Below are positions 32,862 through 42,662 of a stretch of DNA of 64,000 nt, piece after piece. Source of the stretch: Bacillus sp. (in: firmicutes). GTDB lineage: Bacteria > Bacillota > Bacilli > Bacillales > Salisediminibacteriaceae. The stretch covers positions 8,663-72,662 of the forward strand of contig PWLM01000040.1 in the NCBI GenBank assembly GCA_003560495.1. The letters run 5' to 3'. A program made the position numbers and the translations under genes. Every line of letters starts with the position of its first letter. Positions within the stretch are counted from its first letter, which is position 1. The notes below the pieces were generated by a model. The model was not told the DNA's origin, made no database searches, and saw only the letters and a program-made list of their open reading frames with translations.

Positions 32862-33540
32862 AAGCCGCCAGCTTTCTCCGTATCCGGCTGTACAGATAAT
32901 CCACTACTTCTTTAATGCTCATCTTCGTTGTATCCACTTCCTCCGCATCGTCTGCTTTTTTAAGGGGAGCTGTTTCTCTTTCGGAGTCCAGCATGTCCCG
33001 GCGTGAGATTTCGGATTTCAATAGTTCGAGATCGGAATCCATTCCTTTGCCGAGCTGTTCTTCATGTCTCCTTGCTGCCCTTTCCTCCACAGTCGCATTC
33101 AGAAAAAATTTCACTTCTGCTTCAGGGAGTACTGTAGTACCGATATCCCTGCCATCCATCACTGTTCCACCCTTCGCTGCAAGTTCCTGCTGTTTCTGTA
33201 CCATATATTTTCTAATGTGTGGATGTCTTGCAGTGTACGAAACATTATTCGTTATTTCCGGAAGCCGGACTTCATCCGTTACATTTCTGCCGTCAACGAT
33301 AATTTCCGGCATTCCGTTATTATTACGAAGCTCAAGCTCCATTTTTTGGAGGATTTCAGCAAGGGAAGCTTCGTCTTCACATCCTGCTCCACTTTCAATA
33401 GCTTTCCATGTAAGTGCTCTGTACATCGCTCCGGTGTCGATATAAACATATCCGAGGCGGGAAGCCAGTTCCCTTGCCACCGTACTCTTCCCTGCGCCTG
33501 CGGGCCCGTCAATTGCTACATTTATTTTTTCCTGCATCAC
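32854..33540 (-). CDS. cmk: Cytidylate kinase
   Basis: IDGPAGAGKST, DTGAMYRA, MDGRDIGT. Confidence 0.97.
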   Translation of the reverse strand: MMQEKINVAIDGPAGAGKSTVARELASRLGYVYIDTGAMYRALTWKAIESGAGCEDEASLAEILQKMELELRNNNGMPEIIVDGRNVTDEVRLPEITNNVSYTARHPHIRKYMVQKQQELAAKGGTVMDGRDIGTTVLPEAEVKFFLNATVEERAARRHEEQLGKGMDSDLELLKSEISRRDMLDSERETAPLKKADDAEEVDTTKMSIKEVVDYLYSRIRRKLAAYE

Positions 33541-33633
33541 GTCAACCTCTTCACTATACTTTAATTAAATACTTTTCCATCTTAACATAAGGGCAAATTC
33601 AGGTCTAATGTCCCCTGATATTGGGATCACCCT

Positions 33634-33667
33634 AAAAAAATACGGCAGAAACTGCCGTATTTTTTTA
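33634..33667. terminator. Strong bidirectional terminator
   Basis: AAAAAAATACGGCAG-AAA-CTGCCGTATTTTTTT. Confidence 0.85.
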
Positions 33668-33682
33668 TATGCAGACACTATA

Positions 33683-33850
33683 TTATTCCGGTGTTACATC
33701 CAAATCAAATGCTGTTTCATTACCACATACACAACGTTTAAACCCGGTATCGAACCCGCCGTCTTCATTCGGACGACCCCGAAGGATGTATTTTTCGCCG
33801 CATTCCCGGCACCGGATCGTAACTTTGTAGCGCTGTTTAGTTTCAGGCAA
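33683..33850 (-). CDS. Small Cys-rich (Zn-ribbon-like) protein, 55 aa, below the ORF-track cutoff
   Basis: TTG start after AAGGGAAGTGA RBS; MPETKQRYKVTIRCRECGEKYILRGRPNEDGGFDTGFKRCVCGNETAFDLDVTPE*; terminator follows immediately. Confidence 0.75.
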   Translation of the reverse strand: MPETKQRYKVTIRCRECGEKYILRGRPNEDGGFDTGFKRCVCGNETAFDLDVTPE

Positions 33851-33930
33851 AAAACTCACTTCCCTTCCTCAATAAGTTCTTGTACTTACAGACCTTTAAT
33901 TTTTACTATACAAGAAACAGGGGCCTTCGT

Positions 33931-34605
33931 TCAAGAAAACTGCCATTTCATATTATTTTCAGCCTCTTTTTGAGCAATATTTGCTGCTTTAACTTTTCTC
34001 ATTGCAAAAACCCACAAAAATATCATGAAAGGAATAATCAAATAGGACCAGCTGCTGAAATAAAGAAGGATAAAATTATACGTGCTGTGCAGAAGAAAAG
34101 GCACTATTAATGCAGCAGCTAAAAAAAGATTTTTTCTCGATGAGAACTTCGCTGCCCCAAGATAATACCCCATCACTACGCCGAACAGCGCATGACTTGT
34201 CATGGGAAAGACAGCACGCAGAAAGGCGGTGTCAAGACCGTCAGCCAGCAGGTAGAAGACGTTTTCCATTGCCGCAAAGCCGAGACCTACCGCACACGCA
34301 TAAACTATGCCGTCGTATCTTTGATTAAAATGAACGTGAAAGTAAACAGTAAGCAGTACTACAAACCATTTTAAAAATTCCTCCAGAAGCGCTGTTTGAA
34401 CTATAACACGAAACAGTATGGATACCGTGTCTGTTTCCTCGGTTATTACAAACTGAATAAAAATCACTGGAAATACAAGCAGTGCTCCGAATACGAAGGA
34501 GCGGATCACCATATAAATCGGTTCCTGTTCAAATTCATCCTTCAAATAGAAAAAGAGCAGTAGAGCTGCAGCAGGCGCAAAAGCTGCTGTAAATATGCCT
34601 ATCAT
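33931..34605 (-). CDS. prsW: Intramembrane protease PrsW
   Basis: YLKD....EP, LLEEFLKW, YDGIVY, GFA.MEN..Y, SHALFG; synteny. Confidence 0.93.
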   Translation of the reverse strand: MIGIFTAAFAPAAALLLFFYLKDEFEQEPIYMVIRSFVFGALLVFPVIFIQFVITEETDTVSILFRVIVQTALLEEFLKWFVVLLTVYFHVHFNQRYDGIVYACAVGLGFAAMENVFYLLADGLDTAFLRAVFPMTSHALFGVVMGYYLGAAKFSSRKNLFLAAALIVPFLLHSTYNFILLYFSSWSYLIIPFMIFLWVFAMRKVKAANIAQKEAENNMKWQFS

Positions 34606-34650
34606 ATAATTGTCCTTTCCATAGCAGAAGGAAGACGTCTCACAGTTGTC

Positions 34651-35610
34651 TTATCTCTCAAAAGCTTGTTCTGCCAGCTTGCCGGATTTCAGACAGGCAA
34701 TAAGTTTAATTCTTGCTTTTTTGCTGTCGTAATCCCTGCCCAAAATCACCCCTCTTTTATAAAGGTCATATGCACTTCCGCTGTATTCGTAAGTAGTGTA
34801 GACGTGTCCTTCCTCCGAAGCCGTCGTGATGATCACTTTTATACCTTTTTCCACAGCTGCAGTAACTGCATCCACCATAGCTGGATGGATCTGTCCCCTT
34901 CCGAGTCCTTCCAGAATAATTCCGTCTACTTTTTCAGCCATGCAGGCCTTTACGAACATATCTGTTCCATTCATAAAGCACTTTATTATTTCAACGCGTA
35001 CTTCTCGTTTTCCGGCAGCTGGATAGTATTCCCGATGAATCGGCCGCTGATAGAGGTGTATTTCATCATTGTCTATTATTCCAAGGTAACCGAACCCGAA
35101 AGCATTAAAGCCTTGAATATTGGACGCATGCTCTTTCTTAACGTATTTAGCCGAGAAAATACGTTCGTTAAAAACGACTGTAACCCCGGTTCCTTGAAGA
35201 CTCCTGCTCCCAGCTGCATAGATAGCGTGACGAAGGTTAATAAATGCATCACTTCCAAGAGCATCGGGTGAACGCTGTGATCCGGTGAATACTACTGGTT
35301 TTTCATAATCAGTAATTAAATCAAAATAATAAGCCGATTCTTCAAGAGTATCTGTTCCATGAGTGATTACGATCCCGTCAAAGGAGGGAAGGAATTGATC
35401 GGCTGTTTCTTTTATTTTCTCAAGATCTGCAAACGTAATATGTACACTTGGTTTCTGAAGTGCGGAAATTATTTTCACTTCCATATCCCCGGGTATTCCA
35501 AGTTTTTCTGCAAGTTCTTCCCCGGAATATTTTCCCGCTTCAAGTTTTCCTTCTTTGTTTTCTGTACTGGCAATAGTTCCTCCAGTGGAAATTATTAATA
35601 CCTTTTTCAT
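34651..35610 (-). CDS. L-asparaginase/glutaminase (start ATG 35610)
   Basis: STGGTIAS, ITHGTDTLEE, TGSQR. Confidence 0.93.
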   Translation of the reverse strand: MKKVLIISTGGTIASTENKEGKLEAGKYSGEELAEKLGIPGDMEVKIISALQKPSVHITFADLEKIKETADQFLPSFDGIVITHGTDTLEESAYYFDLITDYEKPVVFTGSQRSPDALGSDAFINLRHAIYAAGSRSLQGTGVTVVFNERIFSAKYVKKEHASNIQGFNAFGFGYLGIIDNDEIHLYQRPIHREYYPAAGKREVRVEIIKCFMNGTDMFVKACMAEKVDGIILEGLGRGQIHPAMVDAVTAAVEKGIKVIITTASEEGHVYTTYEYSGSAYDLYKRGVILGRDYDSKKARIKLIACLKSGKLAEQAFER

Positions 35611-35652
35611 TTCAGTCCTCCTCAGAACAGATCCGCTGTAAAAAATCATTGT

Positions 35653-35678
35653 GTTATTCCCGCTGCAGCGGGAATAAC
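35653..35678. repeat. Perfect 26-bp palindrome
   Basis: GTTATTCCCGCTG|CAGCGGGAATAAC. Confidence 0.9.
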
Positions 35679-35699
35679 GACAGTTTCCATGCGTATGCG

Positions 35700-36698
35700 C
35701 TACCTTGAAGCAACATCAGGTTTTTCTTTTGAGAGGCAGGCTTCCGCAATATACTTTCCGTGCCAGCGGCCGTTTTCAATAAATATTTCGTTGGCATTGT
35801 TGCCGGCGGCGATAACCCCGGCAATAAAAATGCCTTTTACATTCGTTTCCATCGTTTCCGGATTGAAATGCGGTCTTCCGGTGAGGTCATCGACTTGAAC
35901 TCCCATCCCCCTTATAAAGCTGTGGTCAGGGTGGTAACCTGTCATTGCGAAAACAAAGTCAGCTTCTCCGTGCTGTTCTTTTCCATTCTCATTATAAAAT
36001 ACTTGCTCGGAAGTAATTTCAGTAACTTCCGTATTAAAATGCATTTTTATATTTCCATTTCTGACTAAAGCTTCAAATTCTGGAAGGATCCATGGTTTTA
36101 CACTTTTGGAATAATTACTGCCCCTGTAATAAACTGAGACTTCCGCCCCTGCTTTTTCAAGTTCCAGTGCTGCATCAACAGCTGAGTTTTTACCGCCGAT
36201 AACAGCTGTTTTCTGATTAAAAAACGGGTGGGCTTCATGAAAATAATGTTGAACGTGAGGAAGGTTCTCCCCGGGAATTCTCATGTAATTAGGTGAATCA
36301 TAGTAGCCTGTTGCTACGACAATGTACGCTGCTGCGTATTTTTTTTCTGTTCCCTTTTTGATAGTACTCAGTTCAAACATTTTCTCATCTTTCGGAACGA
36401 CCGATGTTACTTCTTCATAGGAATTAATACGTATCCCTTTTTCTTCTGCAACTTTCCGGTAATATACGAGCGCTTCGTTTCTTTTCGGCTTACGTTCTGT
36501 ACTGTAAAAGGGAATTCCTCCGATAGAAAGTTTTTCGCTCGTGCTGAAAAACTGCTGATGGGTCGGATAGTTGTAAATCGCATTCACGAGATTCCCCTTC
36601 TCAATAATGAGAGGATCCATTCCTTTGTTCTGCATTTCAATTGCTGCAGATAATCCGCACGGCCCTGCTCCAATTATAATTGCTTTTTCCTGCTTCAC
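35700..36698 (-). CDS. ypdA: YpdA bacillithiol disulfide reductase family (probable start GTG 36698)
   Basis: GAGPCGL, YNYPTHQQFFST, ATGYYD, GGKNSAVD, KPWILP, FIENGR.H. Confidence 0.93.
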   Translation of the reverse strand: MKQEKAIIIGAGPCGLSAAIEMQNKGMDPLIIEKGNLVNAIYNYPTHQQFFSTSEKLSIGGIPFYSTERKPKRNEALVYYRKVAEEKGIRINSYEEVTSVVPKDEKMFELSTIKKGTEKKYAAAYIVVATGYYDSPNYMRIPGENLPHVQHYFHEAHPFFNQKTAVIGGKNSAVDAALELEKAGAEVSVYYRGSNYSKSVKPWILPEFEALVRNGNIKMHFNTEVTEITSEQVFYNENGKEQHGEADFVFAMTGYHPDHSFIRGMGVQVDDLTGRPHFNPETMETNVKGIFIAGVIAAGNNANEIFIENGRWHGKYIAEACLSKEKPDVASR

Positions 36699-36848
36699 AC
36701 TCATACTCCTTTCTTCTATACAAGTCATTCATTATAAATCGGATCCTCCCAGGATCACGATATAATCCTGTATTTACATACGGCGTGTTCTGCCATATTG
36801 GAAAGCTGTTCTAAAATAATTACCCTTCAGGCAGAATAAAAACATAAA

Positions 36849-36878
36849 AGAGCTGTCCCGATACTACCGGGGACAGCT
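36849..36878 (-). terminator. Terminator after gudB
   Basis: AGCTGTCCC...GGGACAGCT, followed by CTTTT on minus strand. Confidence 0.65.
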
Positions 36879-36904
36879 GCTTACAGTATAACGAATATTT
36901 TATT

Positions 36905-38188
36905 TTAAATCCAACCTCTGAACCGGCTTGCTTCCGCCATTTTCCGGACACCGACCATATAGGCGGCAAGTCTCATATCAACGTTACGCATCTGAGCCAC
37001 ACGGTAAACATTTTCAAAGGCGGTTACCATAACTTTTTCAAGCCGGGTCCCCACTTCCTCTTCGGTCCAGTAGTAGCCTTGATTATTCTGCACCCATTCG
37101 AAATAGGAAACCGTCACCCCGCCGGAACTGGCAAGAACATCAGGCACGAGCAGAATACCTCTGTTATAGAGCATTTCTGTAGCTTTCATCGTAGTCGGTC
37201 CGTTGGCTGCCTCTACGATGATACTCGCTTTAATTCTGTCAGCATTGTGCTCGGTAATCTGATTTTCAATGGCTGCCGGGACAAGGATATCACAATCCAT
37301 CTCCAGAAGTTCCTGGTTACTTATAGTATTTTTAAATAAATTGGAAACTGTTCCGAAGCTGTCTCTTCGATCCAGAAGGTAATCAATATCCAGACCCTCG
37401 GGATCGTAAAGAGCTCCCTGAACGTCAGAGATTCCTACAACCAGAGCTCCGGCGTCATGCATGAATTTCGCCAGGAAGCTACCGGCATTACCGAATCCCT
37501 GGATTACTATCCGTGCCCCCTGAAGCTCGATACCTCTGCGTTTAGCTGCTTCTCTGATACAGATTGTCACGCCTTTTGCTGTGGCAGATTCTCTTCCGTG
37601 GGATCCGCCAAGAACAATCGGTTTACCAGTAATAAATCCAGGAGAATCAAATTCCTTTATTCTGCTGTATTCGTCCATCATCCAGGCCATAATCTGCGAG
37701 TTCGTCAGTACATCGGGTGCCGGAATATCTTTCGTAGGACCTACTATTTGACTGATTGCCCGGACATATCCCCGACTGAGACGTTCCACTTCTGGAAAAG
37801 ACATGTTCCGGGGATCGCAGATGATGCCTCCTTTTCCGCCTCCGTAAGGCAGATTAACAATGCCTGCTTTAAGGCTCATCCATATTGATAGCGCTCTCAC
37901 TTCTGTTTCGGTTACATCCGGATGAAAACGTACTCCACCCTTCGTCGGTCCGACCGCATCGTTGTGCTGGGCCCGGAAACCAGTGAAAATTTTTGTAGAC
38001 CCATCGTCCATTTTGATAGGAATACGCACAGTAAGCATCCGCATAGGCTCTTTCATAAGCTCGTATACTTCTTCCGAAAAACCAAGCTTCCCCAGTGCTT
38101 TATGAATCACCGTCTGTGTGGCTTCAAGCACATCAATTTCTTTTTCCTGATGCTCAGCTTCTTTTGCGTGTCCTGCTTTATCTGCCAT
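36905..38188 (-). CDS. gudB: NAD-specific glutamate dehydrogenase
   Basis: GPTKGGVRFHP, PYGGGKGG, DIPAPDV, GFGNAG, EAANGP; synteny. Confidence 0.95.
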   Translation of the reverse strand: MADKAGHAKEAEHQEKEIDVLEATQTVIHKALGKLGFSEEVYELMKEPMRMLTVRIPIKMDDGSTKIFTGFRAQHNDAVGPTKGGVRFHPDVTETEVRALSIWMSLKAGIVNLPYGGGKGGIICDPRNMSFPEVERLSRGYVRAISQIVGPTKDIPAPDVLTNSQIMAWMMDEYSRIKEFDSPGFITGKPIVLGGSHGRESATAKGVTICIREAAKRRGIELQGARIVIQGFGNAGSFLAKFMHDAGALVVGISDVQGALYDPEGLDIDYLLDRRDSFGTVSNLFKNTISNQELLEMDCDILVPAAIENQITEHNADRIKASIIVEAANGPTTMKATEMLYNRGILLVPDVLASSGGVTVSYFEWVQNNQGYYWTEEEVGTRLEKVMVTAFENVYRVAQMRNVDMRLAAYMVGVRKMAEASRFRGWI

Positions 38189-38348
38189 TAAAATTCACCT
38201 CTATGTGTTGTTTCGGTATTTACTTTCGATTTCTAAATTAGTCTCACCTATAACTATAAAGAAGTCTTCAGCTTTTTTCCACTGTCTTTTGCTAATTCAT
38301 AACACCTTCTTAACAATCAGGACTAATTTATAAAAAGAAGAGCAGTTT

Positions 38349-39248
38349 TCACTGCTCTTTTAACCATGTGGACCAGTGTTCCTCTGTTTCACCGATCAGC
38401 ATTTTGCGGAACTTATTTTTATCAGCTTCCTTCATGTAATTCAGTGCTTTTCCTCCAAGGCCTATCTTGACGCCTTCATTATGGGCCGCAAGCGATTCAG
38501 CCATCTCAAGAGTCTTCGGAAGGTTTTCAGCCAGGGTGGTGGATACAATAGCAAACCCTGCTCCTACATCCGAAACTACTTTGTAAAAATCCTTTTCAGG
38601 GATTCCTGCACCTAGATAGATCGTTTCATACCCACGCTTTTTTAAAAAATAAGTAAATATCAGAAGTCCGATCTCATGATTTTCATCGGGACCGCAGACA
38701 CATACAGCTTTTGGAAGAAAACTGTTGATCGGAAGCGTATGAAATACCATGCCGATTCTCGTGCGAATAAGCGATGTAACGAAATGCTCGTGAGCTGTTG
38801 TAATCAATCCTTTTTCCCAGCGGGTTCCTACTTCTGCCAAAATGCCCCCAAGTATTCTTATAAGCACTTTATCCGTCGAGAAAAGCCCGAACGCCCTGTC
38901 AATTAACTCATTCGAGTCTTTTTCGTTAAACTGCAGGAGTTCGTGCAGAAGCTTTTCTTTCAGAATCTCCATCTGATCCGTAATTCTCGGGTCCGGCTCT
39001 ATAAATGCCGGCTCATCTTTATTGTTAAGAAGGTCGACTGCCTGTCCGATAGTAAATCCGTTATCTACTTTATTTACTATCCATTTAAGGATCCTTATAT
39101 GGTCTTCGCTGTACAGCCTGTGACCGGCCTCATTTCTGACCGGCTCTATAATCTTGTACCGGCGCTCCCAGGCCCGGAGCGTTCCGGAATGAATCCCAAG
39201 CAGGTTTGATACTGCTTTTATATTGTATTTTCCCTGCGGCTCGCTCAT
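38349..39248 (-). CDS. MerR-family cobalamin-binding regulator (CarH/LitR-like)
   Basis: MerR HTH (TLRAWERRY, GHRLYS); W-x9-EH (WEKGLITTAHEH); base-off B12 motif ENHEIG..YLG. Confidence 0.88.
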   Translation of the reverse strand: MSEPQGKYNIKAVSNLLGIHSGTLRAWERRYKIIEPVRNEAGHRLYSEDHIRILKWIVNKVDNGFTIGQAVDLLNNKDEPAFIEPDPRITDQMEILKEKLLHELLQFNEKDSNELIDRAFGLFSTDKVLIRILGGILAEVGTRWEKGLITTAHEHFVTSLIRTRIGMVFHTLPINSFLPKAVCVCGPDENHEIGLLIFTYFLKKRGYETIYLGAGIPEKDFYKVVSDVGAGFAIVSTTLAENLPKTLEMAESLAAHNEGVKIGLGGKALNYMKEADKNKFRKMLIGETEEHWSTWLKEQ

Positions 39249-39323
39249 CGCACAAGTCACCTGCTTCTCGTATATTTATAAAGTTTCACATTTAACCAAG
39301 GATATAGGAAAGAGAGTAATACT

Positions 39324-40085
39324 TCAAGCAGAGTCCTTTTTTTCTGTCAGCCTGATAAAGTGAAGCTGAGGCGGGGCCCCGAGACGAAGTGGCAGTTTTG
39401 TAGTCCCGTAGCCGTTCGAAATAAGAATGGGCACACCCTTTTCCACCGTAATCCCTCCGAGTGGGGCCGGCGCGTAAAATCCGAGCCTTATTTGACCTCC
39501 ATGCGTGTGACCTGCCAGTACAAGCTTAATATTATAAGCACTGTGCAGCTCCTCTTTAATATCCGGACCGTGACTCAGCAGCACAACAGGGCTGGCAGCA
39601 TTTTCGAGTGCTAAAGCAAGGTTGTCCCGCTGGAGGCTGCGGTCTTCTATCCCTGCAAGTGTCCAGCATCCCTCCCCAATAGAAACACTTGAATTGTTCA
39701 GCTCTGTAACGGAATATTTTCGAAACAGCCTCTGCAGTACTTTTCTATTCTGATAATCATTGTTTCCCCAGACGAAGTACAATGGTCCAACAGACGCGAG
39801 CTGAGACAGGTTTTGATTAATGAAAGCGGTTTGGGATCCCGCTTCTGTGAGATCGCCCCCTATCAGTACAGCATCTATTACATCGTCTGTAAGCAGATCT
39901 TTTTCCTGTACAGATCTTTTATGAATATCAGAAATAAAAAGAATATTCTGACTGCAACCTTCGCTAAGAACAGCAAATTCGTGCCTGCATATATTTGTTC
40001 TGCCTGCCCGGTTCAACATATAAACAATAAGAGCTGCTCCTGCAGCAGCTACTATAATAAAAAGTCTCAGCATCTTCTCCTCCAA
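39324..40085 (-). CDS. ypbG: Calcineurin-like metallophosphoesterase YpbG
   Basis: SDIH, GGDL, GNND, LLSH, AGHTHGGQ. Confidence 0.9.
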   Translation of the reverse strand: MEEKMLRLFIIVAAAGAALIVYMLNRAGRTNICRHEFAVLSEGCSQNILFISDIHKRSVQEKDLLTDDVIDAVLIGGDLTEAGSQTAFINQNLSQLASVGPLYFVWGNNDYQNRKVLQRLFRKYSVTELNNSSVSIGEGCWTLAGIEDRSLQRDNLALALENAASPVVLLSHGPDIKEELHSAYNIKLVLAGHTHGGQIRLGFYAPAPLGGITVEKGVPILISNGYGTTKLPLRLGAPPQLHFIRLTEKKDSA

Positions 40086-40270
40086 CTGCCCTGTAGGTAC
40101 TTTTATCGTACCACAGCGGCGGGTAAAGAAGACAGCTGAGACTCTTTTGAATTAATTCGGGAAGTGAGCGCGTTAAAATCTGGTTCGTATTTTCAAAAAA
40201 ACCAATCCATTTCTTAGCAAATGCCTCTCGTTATATGTGCAGGGACTGCTTATGTTCCTGCAAATGACTG

Positions 40271-41944
40271 CTAAAACAGTCCTACTGCGCCTCCTGCTTC
40301 ATTAACATCCATATCAAGGGCCCCGGGTCGTTTCGGAAGTCCCGGCATTGTCATGACATTTCCGGTTAAAGCAACGATAAATCCAGCTCCGGCAGAAACA
40401 CGCAGTTCCCTTACGGTGATCCGGAAATTCTGTGGACGTCCAAATTGAGATGGGTCATCAGAAAGAGAATACTGGGTTTTAGCCATGCATACCGGAAGGT
40501 TGTCCCATCCGTGTTCTTTTATTTTCTTCAGCTGGCCGGACGCTTTGGAAGAAAAGTTCACTCCATCGGCTCCGTATACGGCGGTGGCTATATTGTTGAT
40601 TTTTTGTTCTACCGGGAGATCAAGAGAATACAGCGGTGAAAAATTAGATGGTTTTTCTATTTCCTCCAGCACTTTTTCAGCCAGGTTTTTTCCACCATCT
40701 CCGCCGCTTTCCCACACATCTGCCAGTTCTACTTCAATGTTTCGGGCATAGCAGAAATCCTGGAGAATTTTTATTTCTGCATCAGTATCATGTGAAAATC
40801 GGTTAATCGCGACCACGTGCGGAAGTCCAAAAGAATGAATGGATTCTATATGTTTTTCCAGATTGGCAAGCCCTTTTTGAAGCGCCTCAGTATTTTCCTC
40901 CTTCAAATTCTCCTTCGGCACTCCCCCGTGCATTTTCAACGCACGGATAGTAGCTACGACAACAACGAGAGCAGGCTTAATGTTACCAGCTCTTGTTTTG
41001 ATATTAAGAAACTTTTCCGCACCCAGATCAGCACCGAAGCCGGCCTCTGTAACTACATAATCTCCCAGTTTAGAAGCCATTTTAGTAGCAAGCACACTAT
41101 TGCATCCGTGGGCAATATTAGCAAACGGCCCCCCGTGAATGAGCGCAGGGGTGTTTTCCAGCGTCTGAACTAGATTTGGTTTCAGAGCATCTTTTAATAA
41201 AAGTGTAAGAGCTCCTTCCACTCCGAGATCAGCTACGGTAACCGGCTTGTCTTCATATGTGTAGCCGATGACTACTTTTCTGATCCGGTTTCTCAAGTCG
41301 TTAATACTGTCAGCCAGACACAGCACTGCCATTAATTCAGAAGCTACCGTAATATCAAAACCTGTTTCATGAGGCACCCCCTGCAGAGGTCCTCCAAGTC
41401 CAGCTACAACCTGCCGGAGGGAGCGGTCATTCATATCCATTACTCTTTTCCATGTCAGTTTTCGAACATCGAGTCCGAGTTCATTGCCCCGGTGGATGTG
41501 ATTGTCTACAAGAGCGGTGAGAGCATTATGTGCTGTGGTGATAGCGTGAATATCTCCTGTGAAGTGCAGGTTTATATCTTCCATCGGTACTACCTGAGAG
41601 TACCCACCGCCGCAGGCGCCCCCTTTCATCCCCATCGTCGGTCCGAGTGAAGGTTCTCTCAGGGCAACCACCGCTTTTTTTCCGATTTTATTCAGCGCCT
41701 GGCCGAGTCCCACCGTCACAGTGGATTTTCCTTCACCTGCCGGTGTTGGATTGACAGCTGTTACGAGTATTACCTTTCCGTCTTTATCTTCTTTTTTTCT
41801 ATGTAGAATGTCCAGGGAGAGTTTCCCTTTATAATGACCATAAGGTTCTACTTCATGCTCTTCTATTCCAAGTTTTTCAGCTATTTCTGTTATTCTCTTC
41901 ATCTGTGCCTGCTGGGCTATTTCAATATCGGAAGGTACTTTCAT
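40271..41944 (-). CDS. fhs: Formate-tetrahydrofolate ligase
   Basis: [57 protein letters not shown]. Confidence 0.97.
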   Translation of the reverse strand: MKVPSDIEIAQQAQMKRITEIAEKLGIEEHEVEPYGHYKGKLSLDILHRKKEDKDGKVILVTAVNPTPAGEGKSTVTVGLGQALNKIGKKAVVALREPSLGPTMGMKGGACGGGYSQVVPMEDINLHFTGDIHAITTAHNALTALVDNHIHRGNELGLDVRKLTWKRVMDMNDRSLRQVVAGLGGPLQGVPHETGFDITVASELMAVLCLADSINDLRNRIRKVVIGYTYEDKPVTVADLGVEGALTLLLKDALKPNLVQTLENTPALIHGGPFANIAHGCNSVLATKMASKLGDYVVTEAGFGADLGAEKFLNIKTRAGNIKPALVVVVATIRALKMHGGVPKENLKEENTEALQKGLANLEKHIESIHSFGLPHVVAINRFSHDTDAEIKILQDFCYARNIEVELADVWESGGDGGKNLAEKVLEEIEKPSNFSPLYSLDLPVEQKINNIATAVYGADGVNFSSKASGQLKKIKEHGWDNLPVCMAKTQYSLSDDPSQFGRPQNFRITVRELRVSAGAGFIVALTGNVMTMPGLPKRPGALDMDVNEAGGAVGLF

Positions 41945-41983
41945 AACATAACGCTCCTCTATGTTTTAATTCTTTCTAAATCT

Positions 41984-42033
41984 ATCATAAACAATTCAGG
42001 AAATCTCTGCAAGACAGCATGTAAACGTTTTCT
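41984..42033 (-). promoter_or_regulatory. fhs SigA promoter with upstream cre-like site
   Basis: TTGCAG-N17-TATGAT (42012-41984); TGTAAACGTTTTCT at 42020-42033. Confidence 0.5.
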
Positions 42034-42083
42034 TTTTATGTTTATCAAAGCAAAGGTTAGTTTTTTATGATAGGCTGCCTTGA

Positions 42084-42357
42084 AAAAAGTAGATAAGTAA
42101 GGACCGGCCGCCTTTGTTTCCATAGGAAGGCTTTCTGGACGGGCTGTTTTTAAACATACAAACGAAAGATGTTTGTATGCTCTATTAGAAGGTCCGGCTG
42201 ATAAAAAACCGAAGTGGAAGCCGGTGGCACCCTGAGGATTCAGTGCATTCTGAAGATCCACTTCTGCCAGTTTTTTCGCATAAGCAAGCTGAAGACAAAC
42301 CCTCGGAAGCTTCCGTATGCAACGATGCCTTATCCATCATTCCTCTTTTCTGAACTT
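42084..42357 (-). ncRNA. Candidate multi-stem structured RNA of unknown class
   Basis: Nested stems found by eye; several terminal pairs are G-U on the minus strand but C-A mismatches on the plus strand; ends in a U-run. Confidence 0.35.
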
Positions 42358-42662
42358 GGTATATATTATGATATTCCCTTGAATAAATAATAAAGACTGT
42401 ACCTTCTATATGATGACCCGGCAGTTAAACAGCACCTATAACCAGTTTTTCACGAGCATTCTGAATGAATTTATTTATTTCACGTATAACAAGCCGCATC
42501 GCAATTTTCTAAATGCTGCGGGAAAATATCCGATGATACACTAACGGTTGTTGGTGCTGTTTTTTTCTCTGAGGTTTTCAGTCCGGCAATTAAGGTAATG
42601 TTACTAGAGCATGCCTGTTTCGCATGGGCATGGGCATGAATCGAATCATGGAGGTGCTGTAT

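Noticed and set aside
37870-37920. Cryptic gudB allele with the 9-bp duplication of B. subtilis 168
   Set aside because: The sequence reads ETEVRALSIWM with no duplication; the gene looks intact
42200-42280. ZMP/ZTP (pfl) riboswitch upstream of fhs (ACUGGCAGAAGUGGA resembles its core)
   Set aside because: No downstream GCC...GCCUGGGC pseudoknot hairpin is visible, and the stem context differs
42091-42335. SAM-I riboswitch (GATAAG/CTTATC pair)
   Set aside because: The arms are in the wrong order on both strands and there is no kink-turn/GCAACC core
41959-42340. 100-aa ORF (41959-42261) and a ~51-aa Cys/Ser-rich ORF starting near 42340
   Set aside because: Poor RBS spacing and no recognisable motif; they overlap the fhs promoter and/or the structured element. 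Not fully excluded
42422-42454. CarH operator (11-bp direct repeats) upstream of phr
   Set aside because: Only one unit matches the TnnACA pattern; there is no tandem array
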